Below are positions 11,642 through 24,851 of a stretch of 64,000 bases of DNA, piece by piece (the first letter of the stretch is position 1; each line of letters starts with the position of its first letter). Location of the stretch: positions 58,652,001 through 58,716,000 of the forward strand of contig OX597828.1 in the NCBI GenBank assembly GCA_951406725.2, in the 5' to 3' direction. Made by a program: the position numbers and the translations under genes. Origin of the DNA: Octopus vulgaris (lineage: Eukaryota). Below the pieces are notes generated by a model. It made no database searches. It was not told the DNA's origin and worked only from the letters and a program-made list of their open reading frames with translations.

Positions 11642-14598
11642 ATAGACGAAATAGAAGGGGGTATAGCTACACATGGGGTAGAAGATAACTGGACGCTTCT
11701 AAGGGACAACCTGCTGAAAGCCACTGACCAGATCTGTGGCTGGTGCAAAGTCCCTTCAAGACCCAAAATAACGTGGTGGTGGAACAATATTGTTGACAGG
11801 GCTATTAGACAAAAGAAACAGGCTAGGAAGGACTGGAAGAACAGTGGTAGCAGGGAAGTGTATCAGACTGCCAGAAGGGAAGCTAGGAGGCAGGTGTATT
11901 TAGCCAGAGGGGAAGCAGATAAGAAAAAATTTGCCAATGTTCTGCACCGTGAGGATGAAAGACTTGAGGTATTTCGTATTGCAAGACAGTGTGTGAGAGA
12001 GAATTGTGACGTGGTAGGAGAGAAATATGTTCGCAAGGATGACGGCTCACTTGCACTAAATGAGGATGCAAAGAGAGAGGTTTGGAGACGCCACTATGAA
12101 AGGTTGCTGAATGAGGAAAATGAATGGGATAAAGAGAGTCTGCCGAATGTCGACCCAACAGAGGGACCAGCAATCCGAGTTGACAGTTCCTTAGTAGTTA
12201 AGGCAATTACAAGCATGAAAACAGGGAAAGCCCCTGGCCCATCAGGAATCACTGCAGAGATGCTCAAAATATCTGGTAGTGTTGGCTATAGCCTAGTCAC
12301 CCGTATAGTTAACCAGGTGATACACGAAGGAGTCATACCCAATGACTGGTGTAGCAGCATAATAGTCAACTGCTACAAAGGTAAAGGTGACGCTCTAGAT
12401 ACAAATAACTACAGGGGTATCAAGCTGCTGGATCAGGTAATGAAGGTCACGGAGAGGGTCATAGCCCAACTAATTAGAGAGAGAGTTAGCTTAGATGAGA
12501 TGCAGTTTGGGTTCGTGCCAGGGAAAAGTACTACTGATGCTATATTCCTGGTAAGACAGCTGCAGGGGAAATACCTAGCCAAAGACAAGCCCCTGTACCT
12601 GGCTTTTGTTGATATGGAGAAAGCCTTTGACAGGGTCCCCCGATCCCTTATCTGGTGGTCAATGAGGAAACTAGGGATAGATGAATGGTTAGTGAGAGCT
12701 GTGCGAGCCATGTACAGAGACGCTGCTAGTAAGGTGAGGGTTGGCAACGAGTACAGTGAAGAATTCCAGGTAGAAGTTGGGGTCCACCAAGGTTCAGTCC
12801 TCAGTCCCCTCTTATTTATCATAGTCCTCCAGGCAATAACGGAGGAATTCAAGACAGGATGCCCCTGGGAGCTCCTCTATGCTGATGACCTTGCTCTAAT
12901 TGCTGAGTCTCTATCAGAACTGGAGGAGAAGTTTCAGGTGTGGAAGCAAGGTTTAGAATCGAAGGGCCTTAGAATCAACCTTGCCAAAACCAAAGTCCTA
13001 ATAAGTAGGAAGGTAGACCAATCACAAACGCCTTCAGGTAGATGGCCCTGCTCGATCTGTAAAAAAGGCGTAGGTAGAAACTCTATAAGGTGCACCAAGT
13101 GTAAGCTATGGACACATAAGAGGTGTAGTAATGTCAAAGGAAGACTAACTAGGAAAATAGTTTTTATCTGTGGCAGATGCTCAGGAGCAATAAACTCTGA
13201 AAATATGCAGAGACCAACTTCTACCACGTTCCAGGGAGAAAAACTAGAAGTAGTTGATAGCTTCCGCTACCTAGGTGACCAAGTCAGTAGCGGGGGTGGG
13301 TGTGCTGAAAGTGTAACTACTAGAGTAAGAATAGCCTGGGCAAAGTTTAGAGAGCTCTTACCCCTGCTGGTGACAAAAGGCCTCCCGCTCAGAGTAAAAG
13401 GCAGACTGTATGATGCATGTGTACGTACAGCCATGCTACATGGTAGTGAGACATGGGCTGTGACTGCTGAGGATTTGTGTAAGCTCGCAAGAAATGAAGC
13501 CAGTATGCTCCGATGGATGTGTAATGTCAGTGTTCATAATCGACAGAGTGTAAGTACCTTGAGAGAAAAATGGACCTAAGAAGCATCAGTTGTGGTGTGC
13601 AAGAGAGACGTTTGCGCTGGTATGGTCATGTGACGAGAATGGCTGAAGATAGTTGTGTGAAAAGGTGCCACACCCTGGCGGTTGAGGGAACATGGACGAG
13701 GAAAACATGGACAGGAAAACATGGGACGAGGTGGTGAAGCACGGCCTTCGAACTTTAGGTCTCACCAAAGAAATGACTAGAGACCGAGACCTATGGAAGT
13801 ATGCTGTGCGTGAGAAGACCCAGCAAGACTAGTAAGAACATAACCTGTGGCCTACATACCTTTCCTTCTTGGGAAGCACGACCTTCGAACTTTAGGTCTC
13901 ACCAAGGAAATGACTAGAGACCGAGACCTATGGAAGTATGCTGTGCGTGAGAAGACCCGGCAAGACTAGTGAGAACATAACCTGTGGCCTACATACCTTT
14001 CCTTCTTGGGACACAAAACTCCACTTGTGAAGACCCATTGAGACAAGTGAAAATCAAAATCAAATCAAAATCAAATCAAAATCAAAATCAAACCAAATCA
14101 AATCAGATATCAGAAAGCAGAACCAAAATCGAAGTCGATCAACATCAATGGAAATTGCAGCTGTGGTTAAGCGAACCATCCGATCGTGGCCGTTGCCAGT
14201 GCCGCCCCGACTGGCCTCCGTGCCGGTGGCATATAAAAGCACCATCCGTTCGTGTCTGTTGCCAGCCTCGCCTGGCCCCCGTGCCAGTGGCATGTAGCAC
14301 CACCCGTTCATGGCCGTTGGCAGCCTCACCTGGCCCCCGTGCTGGTGGCACGTAAAAGCACCATCTGTTCTTGGCCGTTTGCCAGCTCCGTCTGGCACCT
14401 GTGCGGGTGACATGTAAAAAGCACCCACTACACTCACGGAGTGGTTGGCGTTAGGAAGGGCATCCAGCCATAGAAATACTGCCAGATCAGACTGGGCCTG
14501 ATGCAGCCTTCTGGCTTCACAGACCCCAGTTGAACCGTCCAACCCATGCTAGCATGGAAAGCGGACGCTAAATGATGATGATGATGATGATGATGATG
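11642..14598 (+). mobile_element. RTE-clade LINE, 5'-truncated
   Basis: RT ORF followed by a 3' UTR with a ~135-bp tandem duplication (about 13737-14010), a (CAAAAT)n tract, ~60-bp repeats and a (GAT)n tail. The APE domain is missing. Confidence 0.93.
11645..13832 (+). pseudogene. RTE reverse transcriptase (truncated, frameshift near 13570)
   Basis: Motifs WWWN, KAPGPSG, NYRGIKLL, QFGF, FVDMEKAFDRV, GVHQGSVLSPLLF, LYADD, FRYLG, HGSETW; after the frameshift RLRWYGHV. No start codon and no endonuclease. Confidence 0.92.
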
Positions 14599-16343
14599 AC
14601 ATACACATCAGTTGCAAATTTTGGCAAGGGCCAGCAATTTTAGGTGAAGTTAAATTGACTCCAGTATACAACTGGTACTTAATTTATTGGCCCTGAAGAG
14701 ATGGAAGGCAAAGTCCCACTCAGCAGAATTTGAATTTCTTAAGTGAAGATGAGCCAAATGCCATTCAGCATTCTGTCTGGCATACAAAGGATTCTGCCAG
14801 CTTGCCGCCTTCACAGTGTTTATACATTAAGAATGGCACATGGCACCGTTATTATTTACCGAACTTCTAACCCACTATTAATATTGTCATTCTTTAACAG
14901 GTTTAAAATAAGTAAAATGAATATAAATACTTCTCTCTGTGTGTGTTAGGCTATGTTCATTTGCATTGTTTATCTTTTATCTTTTTAATTTGTTTCAGTC
15001 ATTAGACTGCGACCATGCTGGGGCACTGCCTTGAAGATTTCTTAGTTGAATGAATTGACCCCAGGACTTTTCTTTTGTAAGCCTGGTACTTATTTTATCA
15101 ATCTCCTTTGCTGAATCGCTAAGTTTCAGGAACATAAATGTATCAACACTGGTTGTCAAGTGGTGACACAGGACAAACACAGATACAAAGACACATATGT
15201 AGATATATTTATATATGTAACGATGGGCTTCTTTCAGTTTCTTATTTCTTTACTACCCACAAGGATCTAAACACAGAGGGGACAAGCAACGACAGACAAA
15301 TGGATCAAGTTGATTATATCGACCCCAGTGCGTAACTGATACTTATTTAATCGATCCCGAAAGGATGAAAGGCAAAGTCGACCTCAGCGGAATTTGAACT
15401 CAGAACGTAGCGGCAGATGAAATACGGCTAAGCATTTCGCCTGGCGTGCTAACGTTTCTGCCAGCTCCTCCCCGCCTTCGTAGTATTGAATTCTGCCTAT
15501 TCATCGTAGACAAGGACAGTGTGATTGGTGTAGATAACACCAATGAAATTGGATATTGACCATTTGATTCCTACATCACTGCTCATGTATTTATTTGTGA
15601 TTAGGGGATGTAGTCTGTGGATTTGTTTTAGCAGTGTTGTGTTATATGAGTATTGCTGCTATGATTAATCACCTTTTTTTTTGTGGGGAATTCCTGTAGA
15701 CTGTATATGTATTGCCTACTCAAGTTTTATTATATAGTTTTGGTCTGTAATGCATTAGACTTACTCTTCTATGTAAATGCATGGTAGGAGTGTCATACTA
15801 ACACAACAGCTTTAGTAATCAAATTCATGTACAAAATACTAATCACATTAGTCATTAGTAGTTTATTTATGGGTTTATGTGTTTGTCTTTTATCTTTTAC
15901 TTGTTTCAATCATTAGAGTGTGGCCATGCTGGGGCACTGCCTTGAAGAATTTTTGGTCAAATGAATCAACCCCAGGACTTATCTTATTTTTTAAAACCTG
16001 GTACTTAGCCGTAGTGGGACACACACACACACACATACACATACGTGTGTATATATATATACATACATAAGTACACACACAGACACATACACCCCATCCC
16101 CCAACATACATACACCTATACAGATATATATCATCATCATCATCATCGTTTAACGTCCGTTTTCCATGCTGGCATGGGTTGGACGGTTCGACCGGGGTCT
16201 GGGAAGCCGGAAGGCTGCACCAGGCTCCAGTCTGATCTGGCAGAGTTTCTACAGCTGGATGCCCTTCCTAACGCCAACCACTCCGTGAGTGTAGTGGGTG
16301 CTTTTTACATGCTACTGGCACAGGTGCCAGGGAAGGCTGATAA

Positions 16344-16400
<57 letters not shown>

Positions 16401-17682
16401 GGTGAACTTCTTTCAGTTTCTGTCAACCAAATCCACTCACGAGGCTTTGGCTGGCCTCAGGTTATAGTAGAAGATACACTCCCAAGGTACCCCACAATGG
16501 GACTGAAACCAGAGCCTTGTGGTTGGGAAACAAGCTTCTAACCACACAGTCACGTTTGTGTTTACTTATTAATAAAAAGGTTTTAACTGCCCATGTTAAA
16601 ACCATATTTAGAAGAACATTTAGAATTGTCTCCATAAAGGAAGTACCAGATAAAGATATACATGGAGTAAAAGATACACTAATCAACAGAAGCTAATCTA
16701 AAAATGCATAACATAACAAACAAAGCCATAGGAAAATAAATACATCAGATACTACATACTAAATGTAAAGTAGATTAATACATTATCAAAACAAAAAAAC
16801 TAATAAAACAGAACACAAAATACACTACACCAACCATAAGCCAATGTAGCGTGAGTGATATCCTCACTGTTTGAGAGATATACAAGAAATGATCTCGTGT
16901 TAGATAACAATCATCTTCGGCTATCTGACCCTGTTGTGACCACTGCTCTGATTGGTTGGTATTGGTGCAGTTTGTCTCTTGACTTATTTCACGCCAGTGT
17001 GTAAGCCAACCAATCACGGCCTTCGGATAAGGTCCCATGACACTGTTTTTCTGATGCTTCATTTGAGCCATCTAAACCTTTTTAAAAGGTGAGATTGACA
17101 GACTATTATTTGTCTTTGGCTCTTGACCTTCTAAGGTATAGTCACTGACCACAGAGCACTCAACCATGTTCCAGCAACCCCAATCTTAGGTTTTAGTCCT
17201 TTTCAGGACTAACCTCTGACCTCAGAGCTACTCAGCCATGTTCCAGTTCTAGCGACAGATCACCAGCCAGCCAACCATGCTCCTGCTCCAGCCATGGCAA
17301 CGCTAATATACACCAGCAACTTAGGACGTCCAACTAAGATTACAAAGCTTCTTATCTGTCCTGTGAAAAAAGTTTTGAACTGATTTCAATTCTCAGCTTC
17401 AATTGCTACATCCTTTAAGGAAATCATTTGTTGGTAGGGATAAAATCCAAAGTCTGAAACTAGCAAGGGTCTACATAAGCAATAAATGATAAATATAATA
17501 TTTAAGGGGATTTGTAGGTGTCAGTAAGTTGTGAGGAATGGTAAGATGCTTTCTGTAACATTGCTAACTAAATTTAATTTCTTCATCATCTGTTTATCTG
17601 TTGAGAAGGACTTCTGGCATTGGGCAAGTAAAAGAATGGTCTGGGATATAATCAAGCATCTTTAATAGAAAGAGAGAGAGAA

Positions 17683-17761
<79 letters not shown>

Positions 17762-19594
17762 TTAATTTTGAGGACTTTCCTTTTCTTCTTATATTATCTA
17801 TTTAGTCAGGAAGAAATGCAGTTCACATGACCCTTTACAGGGCTGCTGAGATTAGTGAGAGAGAATGAAGAAAGTATCCTCACACCCATGACCTTGGCCA
17901 GAATGCTTGCCCCACCATCTGGTCCTTGGGTGCTTTTAGAAGAGTAGACTTCACTAAAAGAACACAAGGACCAGGTAGTAGTTGTAAAGCCCACAACAGA
18001 TTAACCTTTGGCTTGTCTAAAGCATTTTTGCAAGTTTGTCCTAAATGTTAATGCTTGTGTACAGACTTTTAGTGTTTGTTTCATATGTTCTGAGTAATAT
18101 AAAGCTTTTCTTTTGTAAATCCCGAGTTAGGCTGATGGCTGAAAGAAATTGGAAATGTGTAACATATATAATGCAAGAGGAATATGCCTTGTATATCATA
18201 AGTGATGCACAGGATAGATAAAGGGTTAAGTGCACTACCTAAGTAAGCCATGGCATGAATTAAGGCTGGAATAAATATCATGAAGCATCCTGTCCAAAAC
18301 TTTGAAAATTCCATCAATATACAATCCTAGAATAGTGCCCCTGCTAGTAGAGTGCCAAGAGCACCATCTGAGCGTGATTGTTGCCAGAGCAGCCAACTGG
18401 CTTCCGTGCCGGTGGCATGTAAAGGGGCACCATTCGAGCATGATCGTTACCAACGTCGCCTTACTGGCATGTGTAAAAAGATTTGAGCGAGGTCATTGCC
18501 AGTACTGCCTGACTGGCCCCCCGTATTGGTGGCACGTAAAAAGCACCCACTACACTCTCGGGGTGGTTGGCATTAGGAAGGGCATGCAGCTGTAGAAACT
18601 CTGCCAGATCAAGATTGGAGCCTGGTGCAGCCATCTGGTTCGCCAGCCCTCAGTCGAAATCGTCCAACCCATGCTAGCATGGAAAGCGGACGTTAAACGA
18701 TGATGATGATATCTTGGAAGAATGAAAGGCAAAGTTGAAATCAGTAGGATTTTAATTCGGAACACAAGAAGCTGGAATGAATATCACAAGGGAGGGTCAC
18801 TGCTTTTATGGGTGAATGAAACAAAATCTTTAAGTATTAGGACTTGCCAGTTAATCCTTACTTCCAGCCTGTGGCGTCTGAGACATTTGGAAGGACTGGG
18901 CTGCTAATGACGAAGTTCTTGTCATCATTTGCAATTTACCTCACCAAGGAGTCAGGTGATGCCTTTGAGAGTCCTTGGCTGTCCAATACCTTAGCTTCCT
19001 CATCACCTGCTGTAACGACATGAATGTGTTGGCTTGTTTTAATTAGGTTCTATTGAACCTTGTGATGTGCAACTGATTGATGCACTTAGTGGTAAATTGA
19101 TGATTTTTTTCCTCCTTTCTTCCTCTTTTTTTCTCTTTTTTTCTTCCTTTGCACATGTTTGTGTTTTTTTTTCAGTTTTGGATTTGTATTTTACTGTGGA
19201 TTATTTATCTAATTACATATGTGTACTTTTATCATCATCATCATCATTTAGTATCTGCATTCCGTGCTGGCATGAGTTAGACGGTTTCACTGTCTGAGCT
19301 GGAGAACCACACCAAGTTCCAGTGTGATTTGGCATAGTTTCTATGACTGGATGCCCTTCTGATACAGTTCCCTGCTACCCTAAATCTTCCAAGTTTTCCA
19401 AGCCTGTTTCTTTACTCTAATGGCCTTCTCTACTGTATTATTCCACCACCACATTTCCCTAGGTCTGGAAGGGACTTTGCACCAGCCACATGCTACAAGA
19501 TGTCAAATGACTCCAAAACTACTTTATTTATCACACAGACTCATGCTGAAAGTGAGGGAAATGAACAAAAAAGATTTTTATGTATGTATGTGTG

Positions 19595-19637
<43 letters not shown>

Positions 19638-20039
19638 AAACAATACTGGGAGGATAAGAAATGGAATGAAGCGAAGAATCGAACGAACCCGACGCAGGCT
19701 TTTCTGTTTTCGTTTCTGTTGAGTTCTACGTCTTTTTGTGGTGTCCTGTATTTACGTATATATATTTATATATGCATGTATATATACATGTAGATGTAGG
19801 TACGTACATATGTGTTTGTATGTATGCATATATTTTATTTATTACACTATATATATATATATATATGTATGTATATATAGTAGGGAATATAATTCCAAAC
19901 GTGCGTAGTCAACTTAATGTTTATTTAATTTAGTGATTTTTTAAATAATATTTATTAAAGTATATTTAAAAATTTTTTCTATATGGTGTAGATAATGTCT
20001 TTCACTATTGGATTGCTTAATAGAGGTTATTTCTCTTAA

Positions 20040-20317
20040 TTATATATATATATATGTACATATATATGTGTGTATATATGCATGTATATATATATATATA
20101 TTATATATATATGTATGTATATGTACATGTATATGTATGTATATATATATATGTATAAATACATATGTATATATATGTATGAATATATATATATTGTGTG
20201 TGTGTGTGTGTGTATGCATATATGGGTACAGGATATCACCAACTGTGCAAACATGAAATACGTAAACTAATGAGTTAAATGCATAAACAATGAGAGTAAA
20301 AAATGGAAAACATATAT

Positions 20318-20387
<70 letters not shown>

Positions 20388-20517
20388 GTATGTATGTATG
20401 TATGTATGTATGTATGTATGAATGTATGAATGTATATGTGTGCATATATATATACACACATATATACACATATATATGTATACACACACATCCATGCACA
20501 CACAAGTACACACACGC

Positions 20518-20569
<52 letters not shown>

Positions 20570-20610
20570 TCACTCACACACATGTACATATATGTATATA
20601 TGTATGTATT
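20040..20610. repeat. Compound TA/TATG/CA microsatellite cluster
   Basis: Seen directly. Similar clusters at 5565-5790, 7600-7683 (GA), 10210-10285, 17670-17755, 28180-28300, 34953-35195 and 52470-52562. Confidence 0.95.
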
Positions 20611-21630
20611 TCAGGACAAAGAATAAACAGCTTTGTAAAAAAAAAATTTAACTTGACTCATGCAAAATGGCATAAATTGGCAGCAGATTCTCCAATCATG
20701 AATAAATTTATAATGTGTGACAATACTGCTGCAGATAATAGAAAACCAAGACATCGTCAGCTTAGGCAGGTTTCCTTTCCCCCAAGTTCTTCGGTTGTGG
20801 CTGAAGCTGCAAATGTCAGTAACACTTGTTTGTAACTTGAAACTGATCCAACCATTGCTGCTGAATTACAAATTGTCCCCGAGATCTGTCCATATGCCAC
20901 ATGATATTCTGTCCTTGATCATCTTACTTGATTTTCACACATAATTTGTTACAAAAAATTAGCTTTTATTTCAAAGTTTTTGACAAGTTTCACGTTATGA
21001 AAGATTAATAGAAGTTAGTGCCATGATGTATATATACAAGTATTTGAGTATTTCGTTAGACTTGAGTTTATTGTTATCTCTGCCAAAAACAAAACTTAGA
21101 TTTCAATGCAGTTTTTGTCCAGACTTTTTGACATGTCATGTAAAAGTAGAAGAAATTAAAAAAAATAAAGAAAATACAGAAAAAGGGGGCAAAAATCCAA
21201 AAGTCAATGTTACCTCTCATCTATGACTTTAGCCCCCTTTTTTTTCCTTTGTTTTCTCTCCCCGACACCACCGTCGCTTTATTGCTTGTAGTTTCTCCCA
21301 CATATTTTCTCAATCTCTGAAAGTATAGAATGTGTGAAGCAATTAACTAAATCTATGTATTACATGATGTAATACAGATTTCCAATCTATTTTTTTTCTA
21401 GAGTGTTCAAAATGTTTTCACCAGAAAGAAGATATCACTTGTCTTCTAACCATATTCCCAGAGAACAGAACTGTTTAAACACACACACACACATATGCAT
21501 GCCTACTTATAGGATTTTTGTGTGTAATGGTCGCTAACAACAAACAGTAACTAACAGGTATAATGAAAAATATGAATATGTGTGAAAGTTCTACCCCCAG
21601 CTATAAAACCACTTACAAGACCTATATATA

Positions 21631-22372
21631 TCATCATCATCATCATCATCATCGTTTAACGTCCGCTTTCCATGCTAGCATGGGTTGGACGGTTCAACTG
21701 GGGTCTGGCAAGCCCGAAGGCTGCACCAGTCCAGTCAGATCTGGCAGTGTTTCTACAGCTGGATGCCCTTCCTAACGCCAACCACTCCGAGAGTGTAGTG
21801 GGTGATTTTATGTGCCACTGACACAGGTGCCAGACGAGGCTGGCAGACGGCCACGCTCGGATGGTGTTTTTTATGTGCCACCGACACAGGTGCCAGACGA
21901 GGCTGGCAGACGGCCACGCTCGGATGGTGTTTTCTTATGTGTCACCGACACAGGTGCCAGACGAGGCTGGCGGACGGCCACGCTCGGATGGTGTTTTCTT
22001 ATGTGTCACCGACACAGGTGCCAGACGAGGCTGGCGGACGGCCACGCTCGGATTGTTTTCTTATGTGCCACCGACACAGGTGCCAGACGAGGCTGGCTGA
22101 CGGCCACGCTCGGATGGTGTTTTCTTATGTGTCACCGACACAGGTGCCAGACGAGGCTGGCGGACGGCCACGCTCGGATGGTGTTTGTTACGTGCCCTCA
22201 GCACGGAGGCCAGTCGTTGCGGTACTGGCTACGGTCACGTTCGGATGGTTTTCTTATGTGCCACCGGCACTGGTACCACAAGGATACAAATTCCATTGAT
22301 GTTCAAATATTTTGATTTGGTTCGATTTGATTTGATTTGATTCGATTCTCACTTGCCTCAACAGGTCTTCAC
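21631..22372 (-). mobile_element. RTE 3'-UTR copy with expanded 62-64-bp tandem array
   Basis: (ATC)n tail on the + strand. Six near-identical units start at 21808, 21871, 21935, 21999, 22061 and 22125, followed by two diverged units. Confidence 0.88.
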
Positions 22373-22395
22373 ACATATATGTATGTGTGTATATC

Positions 22396-22437
<42 letters not shown>

Positions 22438-22452
22438 GACTGATTAACCCAA

Positions 22453-22496
<44 letters not shown>

Positions 22497-23173
22497 TTAA
22501 GAAGTTTCAAAATTAGAGTAGAAATAAAACAAGAACAGAAAATTCAAAGAAAGTGGAATTTTGATGATGTGAAAAATTTGTAGAAAATATTATGCAAAAT
22601 ATGTAAATAAAATTCTTGAAAGATCCACATATTTTGTAATCAATTACTGAAACTATATATAGCATTGCTGTTTAACTAAGAATTACACTCCTTAAACACA
22701 AGGTTTTGGGTTCAGTCCCACTGTATGGAAATTTAGGCAAGTATTATTTACTATTGCCTTAGGTTGACTAAGGCTTTGTGAGTGAATTTGGTACATAGAA
22801 ACTAAAATCGCAGAATTAACTCTACTTATTCTTTTATTCTTTTATTTGTTTCAGTCATTTGACTGTGGCCATGCTGCAGCACTGCCTTTAGTCGAATAAA
22901 TCGACCCCAGGACTTACATCCAGATGTAAAAGTTTTATAATCAATGATTGCTTATAAACTTTACATTTGGATGGACTCATATTAAACTCTGTTGGACTTT
23001 TGGATTTCACTCAAAGGATATTGGAATATTACACATATATACCATTATGCCTATAAAACGGATTTATGAACTCAATACCCATACATATCTTACATCTATT
23101 TTCTTTCCTCCACCTCACTCTCTATTTTGTATCACATCTAAACTAACTATGACTTAATTTTTCCTCTCACACC

Positions 23174-23228
23174 GTCTCCGATGAAGGGATATTATTATTA
23201 ATTAATATCCTAGAAACAGCTGTAAGAC
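23174..23228 (+). ncRNA. Minimal type I hammerhead ribozyme in a pLTR-like repeat (about 22915-23310)
   Basis: GUCU-CCGAUGA-AG-GGAUAUU...AAUAUCC-UA-GAAAC-AGCU-GUA-AGAC: helix I GUCU/AGAC, long helix II, palindromic helix III (ACAGCUGU), GUA cleavage triplet. Confidence 0.7.
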
Positions 23229-23591
23229 CTTCTATCTATAAATGCTCTAATATCTATACAGCCTTGGTTTTTTTTTATCTCATTATGCAAAAAATTCATA
23301 TATATTCATATATGTATATATATATATCAGTTATATAATATATATGTATATAAGAAGTTTCAAAATTAGAGCAGAAATGAAACAAGAACAGAAAATTCAA
23401 ATACAGGTCAAGACATTGGTAATCCTCATCAGTTATCAGCGAGAAGAGCTTTACATTTTCATGCCATTAACGATAATATTGTTCACTTTTGGTGGCATCA
23501 TATATATATACATGTGTGTGTGTGTGTGAGTGTGTGTGTGTACGTACGTGTGTGTGTGTGTGTGTCTGTGTGTACACACACCTACACACAT

Positions 23592-23647
<56 letters not shown>

Positions 23648-23649
<2 letters not shown>

Positions 23650-24432
23650 TCATTATCGTTTAGCGTTCACTTTCCATGCTAGCATGGGTTGGACGATTTT
23701 GACTGAGGGCTGGCAAACCAGATGGCTGCACCAAGCTCCAGTCTGATCTAGCAGCGTTTCTACAGCTGGATGTCCTTCCTAATGCCAACCACTCCATGAG
23801 TGTAGTGGGTGCTTTTTATGTGCCACCGGCACAGGTGCCAGACGAGGCTGGCAAACGGCCATGATCCGATGGTGCTTTTTATGTGCTACCGGCATGGAGG
23901 CCAGGCGAGGCTGGCAACAGCCACGATCGGATGGTGCCTTTTACGTGCCACTGGTATGGAAGCCAGTCGAGGCGGCGCTGGCAATGACCACGTTCGGATG
24001 GTTCTCTTACATGCCACCGGCACTGGTATCACAGCTACAATTTCCATTCATGTTGATCGATTTCGATTTTTATCCGTTTTTGATTTTGATTTTCACTTGC
24101 CTCAACAGGTCTTCACAAGTAGAGTTTGGTGTCCCAAGAAGGAAAGGTATGCATAAGTGGACTGGGTACATCCCAGGTAGAGGCCACGGGTTATGGTCTC
24201 ACTTTTCCTGCCGGGTCTTCTCACGCACAGCATACTTCCAGATGTCTCGGTCTCTAGTCATTTTCTCGGTGAGACCTAAAGTTCGAAGGCTGTGCTTCAC
24301 AACCTCGTCCCATGTTTTTCTGGGTCTACCTCTATCACAGGTTCCCTCAACCGCACTTTTTCACACAACTATCTTCATCCATTCTCGCCACATGACCATA
24401 CCAGCGCAACGTCTCTCTTGTACACCACAACT
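23648..24432 (-). mobile_element. RTE 3' fragment (ORF end + 3' UTR)
   Basis: Reverse complement matches 13590-14598, including the RLRWYGH...KYAVREKT coding end. Confidence 0.88.
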
Positions 24433-24598
24433 GTTAGAAGATATATTAACCGCATGAAGGAATGGTTTCATCCAAGGAGATACTGGTTCAATAAACTAGT
24501 ATTTTGGGGGAATGAATTTCTTTAAGATAATAGGTGTATATGAAGCATATTGTTTATATCCATGTAAAAGAAGAAAGGAAAATGGAGTTATTATCAAC

Positions 24599-24732
24599 AA
24601 CAAATTGGTCATCTTTGCTTCTTACAGCCATTTCAATGATTCGCATAAATGTAAATTTAATGTACAAATTTGAAATTAAATTATTGAGTATTAATTGGAA
24701 CGGCTGTAAGAAGCGAAAATGACCAATTCGTT
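24599..24732. mobile_element. Small MITE-like inverted repeat
   Basis: aattggtcatctttgcttcttacagcc / ggctgtaagaagcgaaaatgaccaatt. Confidence 0.6.
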
Positions 24733-24793
24733 AAGAATAAACAATTATTAACTTTTTAATTTCCATTTTCTTTTATTCTTTTAAATGGATATA

Positions 24794-24851
<58 letters not shown>

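Noticed and set aside
12433-13227. Antisense ORFs over the RTE RT (and 45400-45786 over the Penelope linker)
   Set aside because: Shadow frames of the coding strand.
14170-14430. HDV-, twister- or pistol-like ribozyme in the RTE 3' UTR units
   Set aside because: There is local resemblance (CCAGCCUCG..UGG; CGUG..CACG-UAAA), but the full set of required helices and catalytic residues could not be assigned.
17350-18335. Coding-like minus-strand stretch (GLYIDGIFKVLDRMLHDI)
   Set aside because: Resembles a very old LINE RT motif with many stops; too decayed to call, and not a host exon.
20008-20651. Many YI/HT/CV-rich ORFs (also 5505-5838, 28047-28356, 34873-35302, 52331-52684)
   Set aside because: Translations of dinucleotide and tetranucleotide microsatellites.
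21800-22275. Tandem array resembling a CRISPR array, with overlapping repetitive ORFs
   Set aside because: Units are contiguous with no unique spacers, there are no cas genes, and the array lies in a LINE 3' UTR; the ORFs are by-products of the repeat.
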